Virus record (IMG/VR): IMGVR_UViG_3300035696_000034
Coordinates: 1-64,000 of that record
Reading direction: 5' to 3' (one strand)
DNA from: a virus
Taxonomy: Duplodnaviria > Caudoviricetes
DNA length: 64,000 nt
The notes under the pieces are model-generated. The model saw only the letters and a list, made by a program, of their open reading frames with translations, did no database searches and was not told the DNA's origin. The translations under genes were made by a program, and so were the position numbers. Shown in pieces: positions 35,498-43,449 of the stretch (position 1 is the stretch's first letter; every line of letters starts with the position of its first letter).

Positions 35498-36091
35498 ATG
35501 AGCATGATTTCAATTGATTCAGAGTGGATTTGTGGAAACTCAATTCCAAGTGAATCATTCGTTTGTGGTTTTTGTAATGTAAGAATTTCTTCGGCAAAAG
35601 GATTCAAATTGTTTTCAAAACAAATACGCGGTCATTCAAGATCTAAAACAAGAGGCGGTATATACATCTGCGATAATTGCAACGGCCCAACTTTTATTTC
35701 AGAAGCCGGGCATCAATATCCATTACCTGCTTTTGGGAGTTCTGTTAAAAATGTACCCCAAAACATAAACACACTTTATGAAGAAGCAAGAAACGGCACC
35801 AAAGCAAAAAATTATACGAGCTCAGTTTTATTGTGTCGAAAAATATTAATGCACATTGCAGTAGAGAAGGGTGCTGAACCAGGTTTACCCTTTATTGGGT
35901 ATGTGAATTTTCTAGAAGAAAATCATTACGTTCCGCCTGATAGTAGAAGTTGGGTTGATCGTATCAGAGTAAGAAGTAATGAGGCTAACCATGAAATTGA
36001 AATTATGACTCAAACAGACGCAGAGAATCTAATTACTTTTATTGAAATCATACTAAGGTTTCTGTATGAAACACCTAGTTTGATTAGATGA
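35498..36091 (+). CDS. DUF4145-domain protein
   Basis: CGFC...CDNCNGPT; LYEEAR...SSVLLCRKILM...IRVRSNEANHE. Confidence 0.8.
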   Translation: MSMISIDSEWICGNSIPSESFVCGFCNVRISSAKGFKLFSKQIRGHSRSKTRGGIYICDNCNGPTFISEAGHQYPLPAFGSSVKNVPQNINTLYEEARNGTKAKNYTSSVLLCRKILMHIAVEKGAEPGLPFIGYVNFLEENHYVPPDSRSWVDRIRVRSNEANHEIEIMTQTDAENLITFIEIILRFLYETPSLIR

Positions 36092-36097
36092 AAATTT

Positions 36098-36168
36098 GGG
36101 GCTATCGTCCAGTGGGAAGACTCTTGCCTTGCACGCAAGAAACGGCAGTTCGAATCTGCCTAGCTCCA
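36098..36168 (+). tRNA. trnA: tRNA-Ala(TGC)
   Basis: GGGGCTA/TAGCTCC with G3:U70, CTTGC-CTTGCAC-GCAAG. Confidence 0.92.
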
Positions 36169-36195
36169 TTTAAATATTTATCAGAAAGGAACCTT

Positions 36196-36471
36196 ATGGG
36201 ATCTAAATTTACCGTACCTCTTGAAAGAATTCCCTGGCCGGAAGAAATCAGCCGATGGGTTATTGCAATGATGCTTAAGAACAAAACGGAAAAAGTAGAA
36301 ATGACCTATAGGGAAGTTGATGAAGCTTCTAAAAATTATGAGTTAGTTGTAGCGGACAAACTTCTTCCAGATTCAGGTCTAAATGAAAAAACGGATCTTG
36401 GCAAAGCCGAAGTAATATTTTCATTAAGAAAAGTGGAAAAAGAATTAAGAAAACCTTTTTGGGAAGTTTAG
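36196..36471 (+). CDS. Hypothetical protein
   Basis: SD AAAGGA; the track ORF start lies inside tRNA-Ala and was corrected. Confidence 0.55.
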   Translation: MGSKFTVPLERIPWPEEISRWVIAMMLKNKTEKVEMTYREVDEASKNYELVVADKLLPDSGLNEKTDLGKAEVIFSLRKVEKELRKPFWEV

Positions 36472-36488
36472 CTTAAAAGGAGAGAACC

Positions 36489-36743
36489 ATGCTTCTTCCA
36501 GGATCATTAATGACTGTAATGCAAATACCATCTTATTATCTTAAGGTAAAAAAGACTGGTAGGATTGGTATAGCTGATGAACCCCACCACGACGGTATCC
36601 ATCTTCGTTTAGAAAGAGATTTATATTGGTATTCGCTGAATGAACTAGAACCTTCAACTGAAGAAACTTATCTAGACCAAATAAAACTCATCAAAAGTGC
36701 GCGTACAGATGAAGAGTATAAAGAAGTTCTTAAGGGGATATAG
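36489..36743 (+). CDS. Hypothetical protein (paralog of 34775-35044)
   Basis: See paralog; SD AAGGAG. Confidence 0.7.
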   Translation: MLLPGSLMTVMQIPSYYLKVKKTGRIGIADEPHHDGIHLRLERDLYWYSLNELEPSTEETYLDQIKLIKSARTDEEYKEVLKGI

Positions 36744-36791
36744 CTCAGCTGGGAGAGCACTACGTTCGCATCGTTCCCGATCATCTCCACC
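36734..36791 (+). pseudogene. tRNA-Ala(CGC) pseudogene with variable/T-arm deletion
   Basis: GGGGATATAGCTCAGCTGGGAGAGCACTACG-TTCGCAT-CGT then jumps to TCCCGATCATCTCCACCA; 58 nt. Confidence 0.8.
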
Positions 36792-36811
36792 AAAATCGCA
36801 AAGGAATATTT

Positions 36812-37423
36812 ATGAAATCAAATTTTCCCACAGTTCCTGATTTAATTGCAAACGCAAAAGCTATTAAGAAGTTTAAAAGAGTGATACACGAAAAATTAAA
36901 TGTAGGTGAGATGCCGATATATGATATAAAAGCAGGTGACAAAGCTTTAAGTTACGATCCTTATAATCAAGGTTGGTATTTTGCCCCAACACTTAATGCT
37001 GAAATTGGTGACGATAATAACAGAGACGAGCGTTATACTAATACAGACCGAAGATGCTACACGTGTGGGTCTTTTGCAATTGATGATCTTCAGGCATTTG
37101 AAGATTGTTGTAAAAATCTTGAGGATTGCAGTGGTAGAGAATTATTAATGATTACGTGGGGCGACAGATATGACGAATTTGCAATGATAATTAAAGACAT
37201 ATATGAGAACAACCCGAAATATATCCTTACATCTTTAGAGCAGCGCTACAAAATAGCAGTCAATGCTTTAATCAATATTGTTAAAGGTGGATGTTTTTAT
37301 CCCAACAAGAAAGAAGCTAAAACAGCCCTACAAAGACTTATTTATAAAACAGCGGATGAAGATAAGTCTATAACTCTTGGTCCTGATTTTAAAAAAGAAC
37401 TCATGAAAATATTAGCAGAATAA
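36812..37423 (+). CDS. Hypothetical protein
   Basis: 203-aa ORF, SD AAGGA. Confidence 0.6.
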   Translation: MKSNFPTVPDLIANAKAIKKFKRVIHEKLNVGEMPIYDIKAGDKALSYDPYNQGWYFAPTLNAEIGDDNNRDERYTNTDRRCYTCGSFAIDDLQAFEDCCKNLEDCSGRELLMITWGDRYDEFAMIIKDIYENNPKYILTSLEQRYKIAVNALINIVKGGCFYPNKKEAKTALQRLIYKTADEDKSITLGPDFKKELMKILAE

Positions 37424-38108
37424 AATAGGAATTATATATTTTGCTACCCAGGAGATAAATCTATGAAAAATTTATTATTTTTCATCAAGCATCCTTTATT
37501 CAGTATAAAACAACGAATACTTTTCATATGGTATTGGAAAATAAATGGTAGAAAAACCTATGAAGAACTTAAAAAACATAAATAAAATATTCTTACGCAT
37601 AATCGGCTGGTGTCCATACTGCCGTACGATTTTTCATTATCCCAAAAAAAGGCGTATGAATACCCAATATGCCAAAGAAGAATCCAATTGGGTTACTTGT
37701 TGCAAACCTCAATTTGATGAAATCCAAGAATACTGGAAAGAACGTTGGGCTGATTACTGGTCAGGTTGTCTATAGAAGGACAGTCTTATGAAATCTTTAA
37801 TCATGCGAGAACATGATGCTATGAAAAATAAAATGGGTCTTCGCTATTATAAAGATCCAGAAGGGGGCTATTCGAATTCCCCTATAACGCCGCACTCAGA
37901 GGTAAGCCTGGGCTATGATTGGACTATCACGGTTGAATCTTTGGGCGTGAAACACAAATATAAACTTACCAGTAAATCTGGTATGATATCTACCGCTGAA
38001 ATAATTGCAGTCCTTTGTAAAAATACTGATTTAAAAATATTATTTACAGCGGAAGATAAGGCAAAATTCGAGCGTGCTTGGAAAAGAAAGTTTGGAAAAT
38101 AATTTTTA

Positions 38109-38218
38109 GCTCGGGTGGCGAAATTGGTATACGCTGGGGTCTTAACGGGTAGAAGATTTTATTTCTATCCTTTAAACCCTTGGGGAAACCCATGAGGATT
38201 CGAGTTCCTCCCTGAGCA
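38109..38218 (+). tRNA. trnL: tRNA-Leu(TAA) with a 28-nt hairpin insertion in the anticodon loop
   Basis: GCTCGGG/CCTGAGC, GGGGT-CTTAA[38146-38173]AA-ACCCT, Leu-type D and variable arms. Confidence 0.75.
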
Positions 38219-38828
38219 CTTTAAAATTTTTTATTTAAAGGTATAAAATGTTAAGCCAAAAATTTAAAGACCAGCTTGCTGCTGTTGCTAAAAAATATAG
38301 AAAAAAGCGTATAGATTGTTGTGCAGCATGCTCCCTTGTTAAAGATAAGCAACATTGTAAATACTGTATCATGGAAAAAATCGATATGTTTTGCGGTCGT
38401 CCAGTTGTCAAAGTATACGAACCCGCTCATTCTGTCTGGATGGTTCGTGAAACTCCTATTACTTATGAAGATGTGCTTAGGCTCTATTCTGCACTAGAAC
38501 TTTCAAAAGACATTTCTGATATAATTTATGATGATGATTGGGACAACGGCTATAAAAGCTGTTAAACATTCTACAGGTAAAAACATTAAATATGTCATAT
38601 GAACTTGGTCATTGCAATAAATGTGGTTGGAAGGGTGACATAGACAAAGCCGACCAAAGGACTGAGGATGAGCTTTTATATCTCTACTGTCCAAAAGGTT
38701 GCGACGAAGAAGTAGCCCCTCGGAGACCTGTGAATGCTTCCAAGGATTATTTCGTGAACATGTTTCAGAATCTATTTAAAGAGAAAAAAGACGGATATGA
38801 ATTTGATCCTGATGGGAAAAAATAATAC

Positions 38829-38922
38829 GGCGAGATGCCAGAGCCTGGTTTATCGGGCTAGTCTTGAAAACTAGTGTGGAGTTAAAAGGCCACCGCAGGT
38901 TCAAATCCTGCTCTCGCCGCCA
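38829..38922 (+). tRNA. trnS: tRNA-Ser(TGA)
   Basis: GGCGAGA/TCTCGCC, CTAGT-CTTGAAA-ACTAG, GCCA. Confidence 0.94.
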
Positions 38923-38930
38923 ATATGAAG

Positions 38931-39018
38931 GGAAGAGTGTCCGAGTGGTTTAAGGAGCACGCCTCGAAAGCGTGTGTGCAGAAATGTACCCTGGGTTCAA
39001 ATCCCAGCTCTTCCGCCA
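38931..39018 (+). tRNA. trnS: tRNA-Ser(CGA)
   Basis: GGAAGAG/CTCTTCC, CACGC-CTCGAAA-GCGTG, GCCA. Confidence 0.95.
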
Positions 39019-39035
39019 TCAAAGAAAAGTCCTTT

Positions 39036-39185
39036 ATGCCGAACGAATTAAAACGGTGTCCTTGTTGTGGTGGTGAAGCCCAGCGTTCATCCGATGGAGG
39101 ATGTAGAAATTTTACTATTTTTTGTACCTCATGTGGATTAGACATCGTCGATTATGGCTCCCGTGAATATGGAAAAGAGTATTGA
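39036..39185 (+). CDS. Lar-like Zn-ribbon protein, probably truncated by the adjacent element
   Basis: ELKRCPCCGGEA...CTSCG. Confidence 0.55.
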   Translation: MPNELKRCPCCGGEAQRSSDGGCRNFTIFCTSCGLDIVDYGSREYGKEY

Positions 39186-40365
39186 TTATATTTGAGCTGA
39201 AGAGTTTATTATCATAGATTTGTAAAAATTATGAAACTCATCCGTTCTTCCAAATGTAGCTTAAAATTCGCTACAACCTCCAAACTCTCTAAGCTTCGTA
39301 AGGTGCTTTCTGAATGTGGCCGAGTCTGTAACATCTTTATTGATTACTTTTGGAAAAGTGGCACTCCCTCTAAATCTGAACTCTTAAAAGAAATAGTAGA
39401 CATCCCACAAGGCACTTGGCTGACCGCTCGGCTTCGTAAAATAGCCGCCCGGGAAGCTATAGACATGATTAATGCTGTGAGAGAGAGGTGGAAGGATAAA
39501 CCTTGGAAGATCTCTATGCCCATACATAAGGGCAAGAGAGCTTACGTCTCCTGTACCATAGCGGATCTTCAGGAAAAAGGTGGTTCTAAGGAATTTGATG
39601 CCTGGCTTCATTTGTCCTCTGTCGGGAAAGAGACAATCCTGGACCTTCCTATTAAATTTCATAAACATTATAATAAATTAGCTCTTCAAGGAAAACGCTT
39701 GAATTCCTACATCCTTACAAATAAATATGTCCAGTTTTCATTTGAAATAGATGTAGGTGAGAAGAAAAATGGCGCTAACGCTATAGGCATAGATACTGGG
39801 ATCAAAGCCCTTGCCTCTTTAAATAACGGCGCTCAATTCGGTTTAGATATTGAAACCCTTATCGAGCGTATCAAACGCTGTCAGCATGGCTCTAATGGTC
39901 AGAAACAAGCCCGGAAAGCCTTTAAACAGAGGATAGATGAAGCCGTCAAAGAGGTAGTTAAACATTTTGAGCATATAGATTTGGTCGTGGTAGAAGCATT
40001 AAAAAACATGAATTACAAGAGTAAACTCAAACGTCGCTTGAGTAAAAATATGCGGCGTTCTATCGGCACTTGGGCGTATAGGTACTGGTTAAAAAGGCTG
40101 GAGCAAGCCTGTGAGACTAACCGTGTTAGTTTTCGCACCGTGGCTCCTTTTTATACCAGCCAAACATGTCCGAGCTGTGGTCATGTCGATAGGGGGAATA
40201 GAGTAGGACAAATGTTCCGGTGCCTAGTATGTGGTCACACAGGTAACGCAGATATTATTGCAGCCAGGAACATATTGACTCGATTTCTTACGGGACTCTA
40301 CGGTGCCCGTTACAAACCATACGAAACTATATTTAATATTTCATAGTTTCAGAGGAACGGTGCTC
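39186..40365 (+). mobile_element. TnpB-only (IS1341-like) IS200/IS605 element; ends approximate
   Basis: tnpB without tnpA; TTGAT at 39182-86 resembles a TAM. Confidence 0.6.
39231..40346 (+). CDS. tnpB: RNA-guided endonuclease TnpB
   Basis: IGIDTG (D), VVVEAL (E), TSQTCPSCG...CLVCG..GNADIIAARNI (D); triad intact. Confidence 0.92.
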   Translation: MKLIRSSKCSLKFATTSKLSKLRKVLSECGRVCNIFIDYFWKSGTPSKSELLKEIVDIPQGTWLTARLRKIAAREAIDMINAVRERWKDKPWKISMPIHKGKRAYVSCTIADLQEKGGSKEFDAWLHLSSVGKETILDLPIKFHKHYNKLALQGKRLNSYILTNKYVQFSFEIDVGEKKNGANAIGIDTGIKALASLNNGAQFGLDIETLIERIKRCQHGSNGQKQARKAFKQRIDEAVKEVVKHFEHIDLVVVEALKNMNYKSKLKRRLSKNMRRSIGTWAYRYWLKRLEQACETNRVSFRTVAPFYTSQTCPSCGHVDRGNRVGQMFRCLVCGHTGNADIIAARNILTRFLTGLYGARYKPYETIFNIS

Positions 40366-40434
40366 CTTCTAATGATTGACTAACCAAAACCGAATAATTA
40401 ACTAATAAGTTTCTCCTAAAAAAGAGGAGAAACC

Positions 40435-40716
40435 ATGTATAAACAGCAGGTCACAATACTGAACAAAAATGGGTTGCACGCTCGTCCAGCGGCTGAGATA
40501 GTACAGGAAGCCTCAAAATACGAGTCTGAGATAAAAATCATTAACATAAAAGAAAGTATTACAGTCAGTGCAAAAGTAGTTATGGAGCTGTTGTTACTCG
40601 GGGCTTTTTGTGGGACGGAGCTTCTTATAGAGGCGACAGGCAAAGATGAAGAGGAAGCCGTCAAAAACATAGCCAACAGAATAGCGGGATTCTCATCAAT
40701 GGATGAAGGAGATTAA
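40435..40716 (+). CDS. ptsH: HPr-family phosphocarrier protein (Ser46 position is Val)
   Basis: NGLHARPAA with His15; SAKVVMELL aligns with canonical AKS motif; GKDEEEAV. Confidence 0.92.
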   Translation: MYKQQVTILNKNGLHARPAAEIVQEASKYESEIKIINIKESITVSAKVVMELLLLGAFCGTELLIEATGKDEEEAVKNIANRIAGFSSMDEGD

Positions 40717-40926
40717 TATGAACAAACAATCTTTAGAAGAAAAGGTAAACAATATCCTTCGTAATCATACAATCAGCGTCCTTAATAACAATGTTGTTAA
40801 TGTCCCTAAAAAAGGACCGGTGTCGGAAAGTTTTATCAATGAGATTAAAAAAAGCAGAGAGAACATCTTAGAAGAAGAAAAACGTACTTCCAAGAAAATA
40901 CTAGCACTTCTAAAGACAAGGCAATC

Positions 40927-41784
40927 ATGAACTCTGTTAAAACTAAAAAGAGCTCTTACACGGACAATTCGACCGAAGAGAAGATCCTGACTCAATATAT
41001 GGAAGATGTTGGGAGATACAAACCCTTAAGTTCGGTAGAAGAGCACGAATTGGCAAAGCGTATACGCAAAGGGGACAAGAAAGCAGCGGAGAAATTAATC
41101 AGGGCGAATCTTACTTTTGTGATAACGGTAGTCAACAATTACAAAAATCAAGGATTGCCGCTTTTGGATCTTATTAATATCGGTAACATGGGACTTATAC
41201 GAGCAGCCAAAAAATTTGATGAAAGAAAAAACTATAAATTCATATCCTATGCAGTGTGGTGGATACGTCAGGCTGTCTTAGGAGCCCTAGCGGATCAGTC
41301 TAGAGCTCTGAGGATCCCTATGCATTGTGTTTCTCAGATCGTGAGTATGAGAAAAATAAAAGAAAAGATTGAGAGAGAAAAACAAAGAGAAGCTTATCCA
41401 GAAGAGATTGAGGCAGCACTAGCTCTTAAGCGCCCTACAGCCTTGAATAAATTGATATCGATAGATACTCCTCATTTATCTCTCGATACCTCCTCTTTTG
41501 ATAACGGAGCGCCTTTGGTGGAGCTTATGGAAGGTGAGAGCGACTCTCCGGAAGATTTAGTTTTAAAATTGTCAGAAAAGGAAGATATTAAGAGAAAGCT
41601 AGGTTGTCTGACAACGATGGAAAAAAAAGTTATCTGTGAATACTACGGTATAGATAAAGAGGACGCCAAGACTCTTGCAGATATTGGTAAAAAGTTTAGA
41701 CTCACGAGAGAGCGCGTGCGTCAGATTAGAGAGCAAGCTCTAAAAAAGCTACGAGCCTGTTACAAAAACAGTTGCAGGGAGTAA
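40927..41784 (+). CDS. Sigma70-family RNA polymerase sigma factor (RpoD/RpoS-like)
   Basis: LIRANLTFVI, DLINIGNMGLIRAAKKFD...FISYAVWWIRQAV, LTRERVRQIREQALKKL. Confidence 0.95.
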   Translation: MNSVKTKKSSYTDNSTEEKILTQYMEDVGRYKPLSSVEEHELAKRIRKGDKKAAEKLIRANLTFVITVVNNYKNQGLPLLDLINIGNMGLIRAAKKFDERKNYKFISYAVWWIRQAVLGALADQSRALRIPMHCVSQIVSMRKIKEKIEREKQREAYPEEIEAALALKRPTALNKLISIDTPHLSLDTSSFDNGAPLVELMEGESDSPEDLVLKLSEKEDIKRKLGCLTTMEKKVICEYYGIDKEDAKTLADIGKKFRLTRERVRQIREQALKKLRACYKNSCRE

Positions 41785-42010
41785 ACATAATATGGAAGAC
41801 TCTAATGATTTTAGTGTCCCCGGTATGATGAGGGGTGATTTCTCTGAAGAATTCCTAAAAAAGCTCGGTTTTAAAAAAGCAGTCATAGACGAAAGCTGTT
41901 TATTCGATGGCAAAGACATCCACAGAGTAATGGCGCTTCCTGATGGTCCAGTCGGTTTGAAGTTTTTCGAAAGATACATAAAGAATCAAGAAGAGCATCC
42001 AGAAATATAA

Positions 42011-42093
42011 GCCCAGGTGGTGAAATTGGTATACACGCAGGTTTCAAAAACCTGTGGGAAACCATGAGCGTTCAACTCGCTCCCTGGGCACCA
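42011..42093 (+). tRNA. trnL: tRNA-Leu(CAA)
   Basis: GCCCAGG/CCTGGGC, CAGGT-TTCAAAA-ACCTG, ACCA. Confidence 0.94.
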
Positions 42094-42310
42094 CTTTAAA
42101 CTGAAGAGTAAAAACATGCTCAAAATTATTAACCGTCCACTCCCACAGGCTTGCTGTAGCTCGTGTGGCGGTAAAATTGGTGACCCCTTTCACGATGATA
42201 ACTGCCTAGCGTATCAGAGTAGCCAGCACCCTATTAGAGAAATTTTATTTTCATTTTTACGTGTAAGTATATTAAGTTCAGTACTAACATTTATTACAGT
42301 GTTGTTAAAC

Positions 42311-42400
42311 GGAGGCGTACGCTAACTGGTAAGCGACAACATTGGAAATGTTGCGTCCTTTAAAATGGACTTGGGCGTTCGAGCCGCTCCGCCTCCGCCA
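42311..42400 (+). tRNA. trnS: tRNA-Ser(GGA)
   Basis: GGAGGCG/CGCCTCC, CAACA-TTGGAAA-TGTTG, GCCA. Confidence 0.94.
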
Positions 42401-42603
42401 TTAAATTGAGTATTACCGAAATGTCTTTATAAGGAAATCTTTATGAAGAAAAATTTGATGCGCTGGTACCTCTTCTGTCGGTGTGACAAGTGTCATAGCA
42501 AGGATGCTACTGACTTCAGTGCCCCTGCTATTTCCATTTTTCTTCATTTTTATTTTGATACAGTCTATTCCAAAAAAGTATATTATAAGTAGATGAAAGG
42601 AGT

Positions 42604-43239
42604 GTGGTCCACGTGAGTGTCATAGTCTTAACCGCCACTGGATATTTCTGGGATGAAGTGTCTGACTTGAGAAGGGTCCTTAGGTGGATGCTGAACGACA
42701 AAATTGAAGTACTGAGGTACGACGAGAATCATGTCTATCAGAGTGCGGGAGATTTTGGCCGTGAAGGTACCGTTTTGAGGATTAAGATACCTCTTGTCGT
42801 GCGTCTTCTGAAATTCGCTGGATGTAAAATAAAGGATGAAATAATAGCCTATTCCAGTGATGCTGTATACGATAGGGACAGGGACATTTGTCAATATCTT
42901 CACGAATATGTCCTTGACGAAGATGGAAATGCTACTCCTTGTGCTCCTTACAAGTATAGGTGCACTGAAGACGAAAAGTCAATTGACCATATTATCCCTA
43001 TATCTAAGGGAGGTAAGACTGATTTCTTGAACTGTGTTACAGCATGTAAATACTGTAATGAAATTTTGAAGAGGAATCATCTCCCTAAAGAAGCTGGTCT
43101 GAAATTAATTCGTCAGCCTTTCATACCAACCAGGAAGGTTGGAGAGTTATGGATGCCGAAGTTCACCTATAATCCTCATAAGATAGCTCACAAGGCTTTC
43201 TTTGAGCTTATGGGCTGGGAGTTCAGTCACAAGGCATAG
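42604..43239 (+). CDS. HNH endonuclease (McrA-like)
   Basis: YDRDRDICQY...SIDHIIPISKGGKTDFLNCVTACKYCN. Confidence 0.9.
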   Translation: MVHVSVIVLTATGYFWDEVSDLRRVLRWMLNDKIEVLRYDENHVYQSAGDFGREGTVLRIKIPLVVRLLKFAGCKIKDEIIAYSSDAVYDRDRDICQYLHEYVLDEDGNATPCAPYKYRCTEDEKSIDHIIPISKGGKTDFLNCVTACKYCNEILKRNHLPKEAGLKLIRQPFIPTRKVGELWMPKFTYNPHKIAHKAFFELMGWEFSHKA

Positions 43240-43252
43240 ATATTTGTTCTTT

Positions 43253-43418
43253 GAAAGGCAATTGCGTTTGGCGGAATCGAGACGCTGCTCTTATGAGGTG
43301 TGACCCTTAACTGGGAATGCCGAGTCGGAAGGCGACCAACATAAGCTAAGATTATAGTGGAGCTGAATCCACGCGGCCCACCTGTTGTTCTGTTGAAGCG
43401 GGAACGCAATTGCTTTTC
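43253..43418 (+). ncRNA. Candidate structured ncRNA, about 165 nt
   Basis: AAAGGCAATTGCGTT/AACGCAATTGCTTTT closing helix; inner CTTATG/CATAAG, GTCG/CGAC, GTGGA/TCCAC. Confidence 0.6.
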
Positions 43419-43449
43419 TTATAATCATATAACATGAAGGATACTTATT

